In this document: piece after piece, positions 48,359 to 59,220 of the stretch
Layout: each line of letters starts with the position of its first letter
Position numbering within the stretch: position 1 is the stretch's first letter
IMG/VR virus record: IMGVR_UViG_3300036715_000153
Location: 1 to 64,000 of that record
Length of the DNA stretch: 64,000 bases
Source of the DNA: a virus
Reading direction: 5' to 3' (one strand)
The notes under the pieces: model-generated
The model's database searches: none
The model's input: only the letters and a program-made list of their open reading frames with translations
What the model was told of the DNA's origin: nothing
Position numbers and translations under genes: made by a program

Positions 48359-49765
48359 TCACCCATGGAGGTTCTGTACGGAAGCAATCCTATAAAAACC
48401 GTTCGACCGGAATGTTGCACCACCGAATGGGTTTGTAGCAAAGCCAGCACGACTCTTCAAAGCCATCAGAGGTTGGAAGCTCGTTGGATCAGTTGCGCGT
48501 TGCAATTGAGCTGCGACATACGGAGCGTAGAACGCGCCAGCTGCATAAGGGCTAGAACCTTTGTAACCAACACAGTAGAAGTCAGCGCTTGCATAAGGGT
48601 CAACAAACACTTTCATCTTACCACCGATTGTACCAACGAATGTGCTTTGTGTAAAGTCTGCATTCAATGTTTCCAATTGTTGGATTGCTGGAGCGTATGA
48701 CATGCTACCTGCTGCTGCCAATGCGGATGCTACGTCACCGGAACAGATAAGGATGTTACCTTTACCCATACGCAGATCGTAAGCAATAGCGTTAGCATCG
48801 CGTTCGATTGCAAACAACAGACCTTTGAACTTCTCATTCGACCAACGACCATCTGTATCAGCTGCAAAGTTAAACACGCCTGGGAGGGTAGCTTTCTGTG
48901 CACCTGGCTTAGCCAAGTTATAGATAGTACGCAGTACACGACGGTTTGTTTCTGTGATCAGTTCAGTTGACATAATATGGCTCAACTCTGACTCAGCGTC
49001 CAGACCATGCAATGCTTTCATGTCCTGTGCCATTTCCAGAGAGTAACCAGATGCCAATTGATAAGTAGCAGCAGTAACAGTCAACTTCTCGATCGACATT
49101 GCCACTTTAGCAGTTATGTCACCTTCACCAGTCGCTGTAAGGATACCACCGCCGTTAGCGTTACCCAGCTGAATAGTAGTTGTTGCGTTGGTTGCAGTTG
49201 CGTTCGAAGAAGCTACAAACACTGTACCGTTGGTAATAGAAGCTACAGTTGTACCAGCAGCGAATTCAGTAGCAGCCAGTGGTTGACCTACTTGGATGTT
49301 AGCTGTAGAAGTAACAGTAACGTTAGCAGAACCAGAAGTAACTGCTGCAGACATTACTTGAACGCCGAGGTATGAACCAAACACGCCAGAAGAACCACCA
49401 ACAGAACCAGAAGTACCACCAGAGAAGCTGGTATCGGATTCGTTCCACAATGCTTCTGTACCAGCTTGTGTTGAGTAACGACTACGCAGTGCGAACACCA
49501 AACCAGTTGGAGTTGTCATTGGCTGCAAACCGCATACATCGAAAGCGATCAAGTTAGGAGCAGCACGACGAACCATGCTGATCAGAACTGGGTCATAACC
49601 TGCAACACCAGCGGCAACGTTAGTAGGAGCGGCTTCTTGCAAAGCCTTTTCTTGGTTTTCCAATAGGATTGCAGTTACGTTACGACGATATTCGTCCTTG
49701 ATTTCTGGAAGAGTACTTTCGTTCAGTACTGGTGCCCATTTTTCATTAAGAGCTTGATCTTGCAT
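48359..49765 (-). CDS. 23: major capsid protein gp23
   Basis: EKWAP, ILLENQE, YDPVLISMVRR, QPMTTPTGLVFALR, AQDMKALHGLDAE, FYAPYV, DPTSFQP. Confidence 0.97.
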   Translation of the reverse strand: MQDQALNEKWAPVLNESTLPEIKDEYRRNVTAILLENQEKALQEAAPTNVAAGVAGYDPVLISMVRRAAPNLIAFDVCGLQPMTTPTGLVFALRSRYSTQAGTEALWNESDTSFSGGTSGSVGGSSGVFGSYLGVQVMSAAVTSGSANVTVTSTANIQVGQPLAATEFAAGTTVASITNGTVFVASSNATATNATTTIQLGNANGGGILTATGEGDITAKVAMSIEKLTVTAATYQLASGYSLEMAQDMKALHGLDAESELSHIMSTELITETNRRVLRTIYNLAKPGAQKATLPGVFNFAADTDGRWSNEKFKGLLFAIERDANAIAYDLRMGKGNILICSGDVASALAAAGSMSYAPAIQQLETLNADFTQSTFVGTIGGKMKVFVDPYASADFYCVGYKGSSPYAAGAFYAPYVAAQLQRATDPTSFQPLMALKSRAGFATNPFGGATFRSNGFYRIASVQNLHG

Positions 49766-49829
49766 GTGTTTCCTTTTATATAAAATGTTATTACAATATT
49801 ATTTAGTAAACTACCTAAATGTCCGCTAC

Positions 49830-50858
49830 TTAGCGGCTACGCCTAATAGCAGCCAAGTAAGAAGTCATCTTCTCGTCCACTTTCGGTTTAGATGTACCTT
49901 CAGACTCATCAATAGATTTATTTTCTGGTACATCAACTTTCGCTACTGATTCGTCGACAGACTTAGCAACTGGAACAGTAGAGAAGTATTCTTTAATAGC
50001 TTGTACTTTAGTCTCGAACGATTTAACATCTTCGTTCATAAATTCTTTAGCCAGACCATGGAACTTGTCGACTTGTGTATCTGTAAGACCTACACATGCC
50101 TCGTCAACGATAGACACTTTCTTATCGACGATCGCTTTTTCCTCAACTTCTTGGATAGTAACGATTGCAGACTTAAGAGCAGTTTGTGTGGCCTTTAATT
50201 CTTCTTGCAAACTCTCAACGAGGTCTTGCTTCCCAGCAGGAACTTCGATGTTGTGCGATTCAAACAAGTCTTTAAGACCACTAATAAATGACTCGGTCAA
50301 CTTAGTTTGAACTTTAGACTCAACGGCTTCTTTGTTTTCTTCCAACCACTGCTCAGATACATAAGTCAAATAAGAGTCGATAGATGCTTCTTGTTCTTTA
50401 GCTTGCTCATCTAATTGCTTAGCAATGCGCTTTTCCAACTTAGCATATTTAGACTCAGCTAACTTAGTAGCAGCTTCTTTAACAGCAGCGATAAAAGTAA
50501 CTTCTGCTTTAGCTTTGAATTCTTCAGTAAGACCTTCTACACCAGAGAACATAGCTGCCACAGATTCCTTAACATCACCTGCGACTTTCATCGCTTTGTC
50601 ATCGTCTTCTTTGTCTTCGTCGTCGTCTTCTTCGTCATCATCCATAGATTCTTTAGCATCAAAAGGATTTACACCTTTTTTACCAGCCATAGATTTCATG
50701 TCCATGTCTTTATCTTTGGCTTCACCAGCCTCGTCCTCGTCTTCTTCCTTATCTTCGCCTTTGGCTTCAATAAGATCTGCGAGGTTGTTTAATCCTTGCT
50801 TGCGCAGTTCTTCAATGTTAAGTGGCATTTCTATTCCTTTGTTAAAATTGTGTTTCAT
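49830..50858 (-). CDS. 22: prohead core scaffold gp22
   Basis: LTEEFKAKA..F.AAV, DSYLTYVSEQW.EEN, ESFI.GLK.LF..H.IEVP; start may be 50828. Confidence 0.9.
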   Translation of the reverse strand: MKHNFNKGIEMPLNIEELRKQGLNNLADLIEAKGEDKEEDEDEAGEAKDKDMDMKSMAGKKGVNPFDAKESMDDDEEDDDEDKEDDDKAMKVAGDVKESVAAMFSGVEGLTEEFKAKAEVTFIAAVKEAATKLAESKYAKLEKRIAKQLDEQAKEQEASIDSYLTYVSEQWLEENKEAVESKVQTKLTESFISGLKDLFESHNIEVPAGKQDLVESLQEELKATQTALKSAIVTIQEVEEKAIVDKKVSIVDEACVGLTDTQVDKFHGLAKEFMNEDVKSFETKVQAIKEYFSTVPVAKSVDESVAKVDVPENKSIDESEGTSKPKVDEKMTSYLAAIRRSR

Positions 50859-50889
50859 TAATATTTAGTTAACTACCAAAACAGGTCGC

Positions 50890-51564
50890 TTAAACTTTAA
50901 ACGACTTCAATAAGCTGTCAAACGCAGATATCGACATCTGATATCTTTCACCTGCCTTGGCTTGCTTAATTTCTTTACGTTGCCCGAGGAATCTATCGAA
51001 TTCCTCCAGCATCGCATTATTACTTAGTAATGTCAATAAACCATCAGACTCTACGATAGATGAAACAAACGCATCCGGCGCACTCGGGTTAAGCACAAAA
51101 TCTACAGTAAACAGCTTATATCCTGCTTGAATCTCGTTAATACCATTTTTATTTAGTTTAACGGAACCAGAACCGCGTGTAGACATCCCACCTTGTACAC
51201 CATTGCGGATAAGACCAGCAACTACATCTCCTAGTGGTGTACCTTCTAATATACGGGCTTTACCTATATAATTGTTGCCGTCTTTGTTAAACTCTGTAAT
51301 GAGTAAACATGCCCTTTCTGCATTTATCCTAGGCCCACCGTCTGCTGGATGATCTAATTCGCCGAGTGCTCTGTTAGTCTTAACCATAGACTCTGTAAAC
51401 GATTTTGCAGCTGGGTCGAATATAGATTCACTGTATATTCTGTTGTTTCTATTCGCTACATTCGTCTGTGCAAATACACCGGTTACGTATAATTTCTTGT
51501 CGCCATTACTATCACTTTCTGTGATCGTAGTAACATCCTCAAAATGTTTTTCAATTAGAATCAT
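50890..51564 (-). CDS. 21: prohead protease gp21
   Basis: NRNNRIY, RALGELDHP, GMSTRGSGS, DFVLNPSAPDAFV. Confidence 0.95.
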   Translation of the reverse strand: MILIEKHFEDVTTITESDSNGDKKLYVTGVFAQTNVANRNNRIYSESIFDPAAKSFTESMVKTNRALGELDHPADGGPRINAERACLLITEFNKDGNNYIGKARILEGTPLGDVVAGLIRNGVQGGMSTRGSGSVKLNKNGINEIQAGYKLFTVDFVLNPSAPDAFVSSIVESDGLLTLLSNNAMLEEFDRFLGQRKEIKQAKAGERYQMSISAFDSLLKSFKV

Positions 51565-51594
51565 GTCGTGCTTTCTTTTCTACTAAGTACATGG

Positions 51595-51909
51595 TTATTT
51601 CCCGAAAATCGATTTACGCTTACGAAGACTAATCTTCAGTTTGCGTTTAGTTTTAATCACGCGACTGGCCTTACCTTTTCGCCACGCCTTCACCATCGCC
51701 ATTTTACGATGTCTCTTTTCCTGAAAAGACATACGTTTCAATTTTATCTGACCGCCTTTACCTTTAGTTACCTTAAACCCTTTTTTAGGCTTAACTTTCA
51801 TAACCATCTTGCCGCCACGAACTACCTTAATCTTTTTAAGTTCATTGAGAACTATGTCCTCACATAGTTCTGTCAGTCGCGCATGAACAGATGTTATAGT
51901 AAGTGTCAT
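51595..51909 (-). CDS. 68: prohead core protein gp68-like
   Basis: Basic protein, KVVRGG...RKLKISLRKRK; directly upstream of 21. Confidence 0.7.
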   Translation of the reverse strand: MTLTITSVHARLTELCEDIVLNELKKIKVVRGGKMVMKVKPKKGFKVTKGKGGQIKLKRMSFQEKRHRKMAMVKAWRKGKASRVIKTKRKLKISLRKRKSIFGK

Positions 51910-52229
51910 TTGTTTGTTGTCACTATCACCGCATTGCTACGAGTATCGTGTTTAACTGTCGCTTCGTGTCCACTGGGATGTGAGTACGTAGTATGAGCAA
52001 ACGTCTTAGGGTTCTGTGTGTATCCCTTAGATATTAAATGTTTGTGAACCTCACCTTCAGAACTCTTGGCAGCTTCTGCAGAACTATGTTGCTTTGTGTG
52101 TTCTTGCATATGCTTTCCTTTCCAAGAAGGACCTTTAGTAAATCCTTGCCCAGATAAAGCCTCGTGATGAGACTTACCCATATCAGACCCTGCTTCTAAT
52201 ATCGCTTTAACAGTATCTACGATAGCCAT
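51906..52229 (-). CDS. hypothetical head-module protein (His-rich)
   Basis: ILEA cleavage-like motif; inside head operon. Confidence 0.55.
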   Translation of the reverse strand: MAIVDTVKAILEAGSDMGKSHHEALSGQGFTKGPSWKGKHMQEHTKQHSSAEAAKSSEGEVHKHLISKGYTQNPKTFAHTTYSHPSGHEATVKHDTRSNAVIVTTNK

Positions 52230-52230
52230 A

Positions 52231-52962
52231 TTAGTCGTCTACTTCCATATCTTTAACTGCCTTGCTAGCCGAACGAGTCTTCGACTTTTTATCATCTTCA
52301 TCTTCATCATCAGCCGCCGACTGTCTTGATTTATGTATAGTAACCTTAGACTTTTGATTGCCGCCCTTTTCATTATCTTCTGGCATATCGTCGGTACTAA
52401 CCATAACAACATCAGCAAACGAAACAGTCATAGTTTTATCTGTGTTATCGTCGTTATACTGTTTAGGAGTAACAACATAGAATTCTTTATCTTTAAGATC
52501 GGATGAAACTACGTAGAAATAGTTATTACCCGACTTCTTAGTTTTAACTTTAACTACCTTATCTGCCTTTGTACGTGACATTGGTATCCAGTCCTCAGAT
52601 ATAGCAGATTCGGTCTTAACAGGTTCCTTGCCTTTGTCGTCCAGCGCATTAGCCTTTACATCTTTGTCGGTGATTTTAATTTCGTCCTTAGCAGAGCCAG
52701 AATTTACATCTTTTGGTTTAGCTTCTTCTGTGACTGGATCGAGACTGATTCCCATTGCAATAATGATCGAGTTAATCTTGGCAGCAGATGTACCTTGTTC
52801 GGCAGCAATCTTATTAATCAGCGTAGACTTATTAATTTTAGGATTGGTTAGTATAGCCTTAAGTACAGCCAGCGTCGCAGTAGCTGCATCTGGATTAGAT
52901 GTGGACAGTTGCTTTAACTTAGTAGTATCCAACGATTCGTTTAGATAAGATTTAAAAGACAT
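52231..52962 (-). CDS. putative internal head protein
   Basis: MSFKSYLNES resembles a capsid-targeting sequence; VTEE/ISED cleavage-like motifs. Confidence 0.55.
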   Translation of the reverse strand: MSFKSYLNESLDTTKLKQLSTSNPDAATATLAVLKAILTNPKINKSTLINKIAAEQGTSAAKINSIIIAMGISLDPVTEEAKPKDVNSGSAKDEIKITDKDVKANALDDKGKEPVKTESAISEDWIPMSRTKADKVVKVKTKKSGNNYFYVVSSDLKDKEFYVVTPKQYNDDNTDKTMTVSFADVVMVSTDDMPEDNEKGGNQKSKVTIHKSRQSAADDEDEDDKKSKTRSASKAVKDMEVDD

Positions 52963-53093
52963 TATTTAGATACCTGTTTAGAAATAGATTTACCCATAGA
53001 CTCAGATACTAACTTTTCAGTCTTAGCAACCTGTTCTTGTTTCTTTTGTTCTAGCGCGGCCTTAATTGCCGAAAGACTTGTATTGTCTGACAT
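52962..53093 (-). CDS. small prohead core protein gp67-like (43 aa, not in track)
   Basis: AAGGA SD; MSDNTSLSAIKAALEQKKQEQVAK...; directly after portal. Confidence 0.55.
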   Translation of the reverse strand: MSDNTSLSAIKAALEQKKQEQVAKTEKLVSESMGKSISKQVSK

Positions 53094-53124
53094 AGTATAA
53101 TCCTTAAATATTTGTATAATTTAG

Positions 53125-54792
53125 TTATTGTGGAGATTGATCATCTGGTGCAGCTGGCTCGTCGGTTGGAGCTGAATCTGGTTGCTGTGCCGGTGCTGCG
53201 GTATCTGCGAACTGTGTAGGTGCATCCGCGGCATCTGGCGGAGTTATTCCTTCATCGTCTATTTGTTTATTCATTTCATCGTATTCTTCGTCAGACATTA
53301 GTAAGATCTGTTTCATAACATATTCTTTAGAAACATACTTACCAACGAACATATCTGCCATCTGAACAGTAGTAAACCTCTCGCGGATAATCTCCGTCTC
53401 TTTTAACTCTGTGTAGAAACTATCCTTAGACCATTCAACAGAAAGTTGACGTTTGATATCTTCACTCTCTTCGGCCCTAATAATCTTCTTGACGATCAAC
53501 TGTGTAATTAATAAGTCGATCAACAACAAAGAAAACTTATTACGTAGTCTGTCTATAAACTTTTGAAACTTAATCTCATCGCGAGTAATTTCGGATGTTC
53601 TTCCGAGACCACCGACCATAGGAGCTTCATCACTAAGTCTAGACAACGGAACGTTCAGAGACTTATACAACTTCTTTTTCATTAACTCTAGGTCATCTAC
53701 TTCACCTAGATTAGCGCCAGACTCCAGCGTAGATATTTCGGTAGACTTACCATCCCCTCTACGTGGAATCCAAAAGTCCTCGAGCATCGACATATTACGT
53801 CTAGCGTCTTTGACTTCTCCTGTCAGTGCATCGTATGTTAAGTTCGTACGGAACTTATTCATCATGTCTTTCATATACTGCTCTGCCTTTTGTGGAGGCA
53901 TGTTACCTACGTCTACGTAGAAGATACGACGTTCTGGTGCACGAGCAATACGATACAAAACCATAGAATCTTCTAAGGTGCGTAAGTTATTCGCAGTCTT
54001 TAATGCTGGGTGTAAATATGAAAGAATACAAGAATACTCTTCGTCATATAAACCAGACGTAACGTATGCAATCGCGTCTGGTGCAATCTTAACAAGTTGA
54101 TCGATCGAGCCTAGCGATGAAGATCCGTTATATCCTGGGGCAGTTAATACCCCAGACATACCATTACCGCTATCGTTAATAGCAATAGTGGAACCCTTAC
54201 GAGCCGCCTGATATGTAAAGTATTCTTTCTTAGTCTTATTAGTCTCTACTCCAGTCTGGTTTTTAGACTTTTCAATTTCAACGACTCGTCTAATGGTAGT
54301 AGGACTGATATACCTGGCCTCAATCAGTCCTTCATTTTGATCCCAAATCTTATGGAAGTAGATACGTCCGTCGATATACCAGCGGCGGACTAAGTCGTAT
54401 GCCTTTTGATTAAACTGGATGCGAGTCATGACTTCGTCAAACTCGTTGGATATTTTATTCTTAATAGAGTTCGAAAACTTTAAGTCGTCGGTATTTAACT
54501 TAACAACATTACCTTCGGCGTCTTCAGACATCATCTCATTAACTATTTCGTCGATGGCATATGACACTTCAGGGATGCGCGATATATCCCTATATCTGCG
54601 GATTAACTCAACTTCGTTAGTAGACGCCGATGGGTCTAAGTCATACGAGAAGTTAACTCTGTTTGATTCTACTACGATAGCGCCGTCGGCGTTTGGTAAT
54701 ACAAAAGATTCGACTTCGGTAGATACGTCCATCTCCTTTTCGGGATTTTTTGTATAACCGAACATGTTTGAGATTTGTTCTAAAAGATTCAT
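53125..54792 (-). CDS. 20: portal protein gp20
   Basis: LIRRYR, RRWYIDGR, YRIARAPERRIFYVDVGN, MLEDFWIPRR, EITRDEIKF. Confidence 0.97.
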   Translation of the reverse strand: MNLLEQISNMFGYTKNPEKEMDVSTEVESFVLPNADGAIVVESNRVNFSYDLDPSASTNEVELIRRYRDISRIPEVSYAIDEIVNEMMSEDAEGNVVKLNTDDLKFSNSIKNKISNEFDEVMTRIQFNQKAYDLVRRWYIDGRIYFHKIWDQNEGLIEARYISPTTIRRVVEIEKSKNQTGVETNKTKKEYFTYQAARKGSTIAINDSGNGMSGVLTAPGYNGSSSLGSIDQLVKIAPDAIAYVTSGLYDEEYSCILSYLHPALKTANNLRTLEDSMVLYRIARAPERRIFYVDVGNMPPQKAEQYMKDMMNKFRTNLTYDALTGEVKDARRNMSMLEDFWIPRRGDGKSTEISTLESGANLGEVDDLELMKKKLYKSLNVPLSRLSDEAPMVGGLGRTSEITRDEIKFQKFIDRLRNKFSLLLIDLLITQLIVKKIIRAEESEDIKRQLSVEWSKDSFYTELKETEIIRERFTTVQMADMFVGKYVSKEYVMKQILLMSDEEYDEMNKQIDDEGITPPDAADAPTQFADTAAPAQQPDSAPTDEPAAPDDQSPQ

Positions 54793-54876
54793 TGATTATA
54801 TGTTACAAATAATAATTTTTATTTAGTTGAACTACATGTATTGACATTTAGTCTTTGCTAGTATATCATTTTTAAT

Positions 54877-55497
54877 ATGAAAAACATTAAAATAACAGAT
54901 TACCTAAATGAACAAAGGTTGTTCCCTATATTAACTACAATATTCGATGGCTGTCTTATTACCAAACAACATCGAATGAAAATCGATGGAAAATTATTAA
55001 TTGTAGATTTTTTAATAATCACCAAATTTGGTCAATTGATCATCGAGTTCAATGGTAATCTTCATTATCAGAGAGCAGAAACTCAACTCAGGGACAACAT
55101 GTTACGCGACTACTGTATGGTAAACGATATTATGTTAGTCGAGATACCATATTTCATACAACTCACCAATGATACGGCCGCATTCCTTTTTAGTAAAGAT
55201 GTAGTCAAATATTATTTATCAAAATTCAACATATCTACAACATTTCCACATGGATTTATTTCTCCAAAACTAACTCTACCGTGCGATTTTAATATTGCTG
55301 GTTGGAATAGATTTATGTCCGATATTCATAACATAATTCCACATGACCACAACCTCGCAATAACACGTCAGATATGGGATAGTTTATATCATAAGATGGA
55401 GTCATCTACATACCCGTCTATATCTTGTACGGTCGGGGTAGATATGTACACCCATTTTATCACTCCATCCACTTTCTTTGAAAATTATCCAACATAG
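54877..55497 (+). CDS. DUF559/Vsr-like endonuclease, putative homing endonuclease
   Basis: VDF...IIEFNG..HY...RD....Y...IPY; opposite strand between 19 and 20; own TTGACA..TATCAT promoter. Confidence 0.65.
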   Translation: MKNIKITDYLNEQRLFPILTTIFDGCLITKQHRMKIDGKLLIVDFLIITKFGQLIIEFNGNLHYQRAETQLRDNMLRDYCMVNDIMLVEIPYFIQLTNDTAAFLFSKDVVKYYLSKFNISTTFPHGFISPKLTLPCDFNIAGWNRFMSDIHNIIPHDHNLAITRQIWDSLYHKMESSTYPSISCTVGVDMYTHFITPSTFFENYPT

Positions 55498-55541
55498 ATA
55501 TTATTAAAAGGACCTAAGCGATTAAGTCCTTTAGATAATAC

Positions 55542-56069
55542 TTATTCTATACCAGCATCGCCTCTAGTCCACCACTGATATTCCATAGTTACAGTATACT
55601 CCTGGATGGTATCAATCTGCTCATACCCCAGATCAATCGTACTCAGATCAGTTGGGAATCCGCCAACAAAGTCATACTTGGCAAGCGACAAACCATTACG
55701 ATCAAACTGTTCAACTGTAAAGTCTGTTTGATACTGAGTAGCACGAGTAGCACCGATATTCTCAGCATGACCGTTAATAAGATTCATCCAGCGTTCGAAT
55801 GCTGTACGAGTCTTCCAATCAGAATCGTTAATAACTGTAAGCGTAATTGGCTGGAAATCACGATCACCTGCGATCTTGATATTTCGACCTTGATACGGTA
55901 CTTGGATAGGGTTAATAGTCGCACCTGGGATTTGTGCTACCTTTGCGTCAAACGACAACTTGAGCGATGCGCTACCGCCGTCGACACCGTCTGGAAACTT
56001 TACAGTTACTCTATACAGTGTTGGTCGTGCACCGCCTAGGAACTGCGATCTAAATTCTGCTAATGACAA
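55542..56069 (-). CDS. 19: tail tube protein gp19
   Basis: GGARPTLY, PYQGRNIKIAGDRDF, VINDSD, FERW.N.IN, YQWW. Confidence 0.95.
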   Translation of the reverse strand: MSLAEFRSQFLGGARPTLYRVTVKFPDGVDGGSASLKLSFDAKVAQIPGATINPIQVPYQGRNIKIAGDRDFQPITLTVINDSDWKTRTAFERWMNLINGHAENIGATRATQYQTDFTVEQFDRNGLSLAKYDFVGGFPTDLSTIDLGYEQIDTIQEYTVTMEYQWWTRGDAGIE

Positions 56070-56118
56070 AATAATACTCCTTAAAAATTATATTAGGGGG
56101 ATTTGCTCCCCCAGTTTA

Positions 56119-58308
56119 TTAAGCCAATTCGGCGAAGTTAGCACCAGTTGCAGTAGCTACGAATTCCAACTCGATGAATGAAATGCTACGTGCTGGCTTG
56201 ATCAAGAACTTAGCTAAGAAACCATTGCTATCAATTACTTGAGGTGTATTGTTCGACTCGTCGCAAATAACCTTAAAGTCGTATATACCTCTGCGACCTT
56301 GGATATCGCGCAAGTATGGAGTAACTGTATTAGTAAATCTAGTACGAGTAAACGCATCGTTAAACTCGAACAAGATAAACTTGCTGTATGAGGCCAGCGA
56401 CTTCTCAAGCAAGATAAACAATCTACGAACGTTAATACGACTAAACGCACCTTGATCTGTAACCATAGTCTTATCGCCATACAATACAGTACCTACGCCA
56501 GGGAAAGTAACTACTGGGTTAATACCAAGCTGATACATATTATCGCGAGAAGCTTTGCTAGTAGGGTTCCACGCTAGTTGGATTGTATTCTTAATAAATC
56601 CACGATTGAAACCAGCAGGGCTCCACCATGTATCAGCTACAGAGTCTACAGACGCACACAATCCCATAGTCGAAGGGTTCAGAGGAATCCAACGATACGC
56701 ATCATTGTAACGGTCATACACTTGCTTCCAACCAGTGTCATATACAATATAAGACGAGCTGTTCAGGGCATTGCGGAAGCTAATAACATCGCGCTCTTCG
56801 TTGCCGGTATTATTTTGTACTGCTGCTAGTGGAGGAGAAATACCGCCAACGCAATCCTTACGGAAAGTACACAGTTGATCATTAATATAAGTAGCAATGC
56901 CTTGAGTACATACGCCACCTACGATCAAAGTAACGTCGATTGCTGTTTGGTCTTTATACAGCGCAAAACCAGAAATACGGTTTGCATCAGTAATAGTGCT
57001 GTTACCAGTTGCACCTGAAGTGAACGCATATACAGGGGTTGCTGAATAGCTACCGAACTTGCTAGCAGAAGCAGAACCAAACAATGCAGTGCCAGCGCCC
57101 ATCGTATCAGAAGCAGTAACAGCAGTTTCATGCGCAGTTACCCAAACATAGGCCGACGCATTGTTAATAACGTTTAAGTAATAGTTCTGTGAGCCAGCAG
57201 CAGTCTTAGAATCGATAGCCTTAGACAAGCCAACAAACTTCTCTAAGACAGTTCCTGGAGTTCCAGTAAATACACCGCTCTTATCAATAACAACTGCGTG
57301 GATTTCATCGTTTAATCCGCCGAGGTTCTTAACATAAGACGAAGTAGCAGGAGCTCCAGGCCAAGTTGTAATATAAACAACCAAGCCGTTAACTGTACCT
57401 GTTACAGCAAGCGTAGTAGAGGCAGCAGTTGCCGCTGCGCTCATTACAACAGCAGAAGCAGAAGTAATAGAAACGATAGTTGTTCCTGTTGGGATACCTG
57501 TACCTGTTAATGTTTGACCTACAGCCAACGCACCAGATGCAACAACGATATTGGTTAGGTTGGTAGAGCCGACAACAGTAGTGGCACCGGTAATGCTAAC
57601 AGTCTGGACTGTAGTAATCGACAAACCAGGAGTCGTTGCAGTTGCTGCAGCAGACATAGTTACAGTGGTATCGTTAACGATATCTGTGATTTTAGTACCT
57701 ACAGGAATACCGGTTGCTACAAGAGGCTGACCGATTGCAAGAGATCCGCTGGTCAATACAATGTTAGCCAGTGTAGTAGATCCGATAGAAATATCACCGG
57801 TACATGTCATCGAAGTTGTGCGAGACGATACAGATGCAGAAGAAGCAGAGCTAAACAATGAACGGTATTTCCACTGTGGGAAAGTATCTGCATCTGCTAA
57901 GCTAAACTCAAGTCCGTTACCCATCGAGCCGGGATACTTAGCGATAGATTTATTAGCTGCGAGGGCTGTAAGACCTTGATTGGCAAAGTCTATATCATTT
58001 TTAACTAAAACTGCGGTACCAGAAGCTACGCCGTTCTTAGCATCAGAAGATACTACGCGAACAGTCTTAAGATAACCAGAATAGGTCAAATAATCGGCAG
58101 CACACCACCAGTCAGTCCCGACTTCGTCGTTAGGACCGCCGAAGATCTTTTTAAGTGTGTCTTCAGAGTCGATGTTAACTACTTTAAGAGCTGGACCCCA
58201 TTGGAACGTACCAGCATAAGCGCCGATAGCTGTTGCTACGCTGGGTACAATCTTCGATAAGTCGGTTTCTTTAACCGCTACCGAAGGGGAAAGTGAAAAA
58301 TTAGGCAT
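56119..58308 (-). CDS. 18: tail sheath protein gp18 with inserted beta modules
   Basis: LSPSVAVKETD, FQWGP, WWSPAGFNRG, YGDKT, RINVRRLF, FEFND..TR, IKPARSI. Confidence 0.96.
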   Translation of the reverse strand: MPNFSLSPSVAVKETDLSKIVPSVATAIGAYAGTFQWGPALKVVNIDSEDTLKKIFGGPNDEVGTDWWCAADYLTYSGYLKTVRVVSSDAKNGVASGTAVLVKNDIDFANQGLTALAANKSIAKYPGSMGNGLEFSLADADTFPQWKYRSLFSSASSASVSSRTTSMTCTGDISIGSTTLANIVLTSGSLAIGQPLVATGIPVGTKITDIVNDTTVTMSAAATATTPGLSITTVQTVSITGATTVVGSTNLTNIVVASGALAVGQTLTGTGIPTGTTIVSITSASAVVMSAAATAASTTLAVTGTVNGLVVYITTWPGAPATSSYVKNLGGLNDEIHAVVIDKSGVFTGTPGTVLEKFVGLSKAIDSKTAAGSQNYYLNVINNASAYVWVTAHETAVTASDTMGAGTALFGSASASKFGSYSATPVYAFTSGATGNSTITDANRISGFALYKDQTAIDVTLIVGGVCTQGIATYINDQLCTFRKDCVGGISPPLAAVQNNTGNEERDVISFRNALNSSSYIVYDTGWKQVYDRYNDAYRWIPLNPSTMGLCASVDSVADTWWSPAGFNRGFIKNTIQLAWNPTSKASRDNMYQLGINPVVTFPGVGTVLYGDKTMVTDQGAFSRINVRRLFILLEKSLASYSKFILFEFNDAFTRTRFTNTVTPYLRDIQGRRGIYDFKVICDESNNTPQVIDSNGFLAKFLIKPARSISFIELEFVATATGANFAELA

Positions 58309-58374
58309 TTATATTACATCCTTTATTATGGTGAGAAGTTATTACTAATTAAATTTAGTAAAACAGCAAAACAT

Positions 58375-58770
58375 CTATTTCTTAAGAACATCTTTCTTAA
58401 TGAGCGCGCCGATTGATAGTTTAACTGGCTCGTTGTCCTGAATAACGTCTCTAACCGATTCACCTATCATCTTAGATGCAATACGAACGGGGGTTTCGAC
58501 GAGAATTTGTTCTGTTAGTGGAGTATAGAACTTTCCGTCGACTACGATCTCGAGACGAATATTCTTCTCGCCTTCTGATAACATACCTTCTAGTACAGGT
58601 ACGTCACATTCGACGATACCCTCTTCTGAATTATACTTAGAAGGAACCTTAATCTCGTATCCTAGTCCAGACTCTATAATAAGGGATACAGAATCCACTG
58701 TCTTGATCTTGCCGTCTATTTTCATTTCGAACTGAAATGATTGAGCTTCGTTTATTTTAAATTGAATCAT
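58375..58770 (-). CDS. hypothetical beta-rich protein
   Basis: 131-aa ORF, LEIVVDGKFYTP. Confidence 0.6.
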   Translation of the reverse strand: MIQFKINEAQSFQFEMKIDGKIKTVDSVSLIIESGLGYEIKVPSKYNSEEGIVECDVPVLEGMLSEGEKNIRLEIVVDGKFYTPLTEQILVETPVRIASKMIGESVRDVIQDNEPVKLSIGALIKKDVLKK

Positions 58771-59180
58771 TTTAATATCCTCTTTACTGATATATCCGTA
58801 GGTTTTTCATTCACACTTATATCAATAGGTGTGGTGTTAATAGAATTTAGTTTTGTTGTAAACAACGAAGAGATAATCCTACTAGATATCATATAGGTAG
58901 ATATACGTAGTTCTTTAAACTTAACATATATTCGAGCAACAGTGTCGAACAATATGTTTCTGTATGACTTTGTTATTACTCGACTGTCCCACCTAATAAT
59001 AAACGTAATGTCGTAATGGACTGTATTATCATATATGTATCTGCCGCCACCACTGGATACTGTTGGTGCTGGGGTAATGATTACTTCGACCGAATAACCA
59101 AACCCTAACTTAGCAAATATCTTATGTGAGAATACTGTAGGAGCAAGTCCTTCTGAAGCGATAGATAAGTGATTGCTCAT
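58767..59180 (-). CDS. hypothetical protein
   Basis: 137-aa ORF overlapping downstream start. Confidence 0.55.
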   Translation of the reverse strand: MSNHLSIASEGLAPTVFSHKIFAKLGFGYSVEVIITPAPTVSSGGGRYIYDNTVHYDITFIIRWDSRVITKSYRNILFDTVARIYVKFKELRISTYMISSRIISSLFTTKLNSINTTPIDISVNEKPTDISVKRILK

Positions 59181-59220
59181 GATTGTGTACTATATGCGCA
59201 GTATATCGAGCAAATAAGCA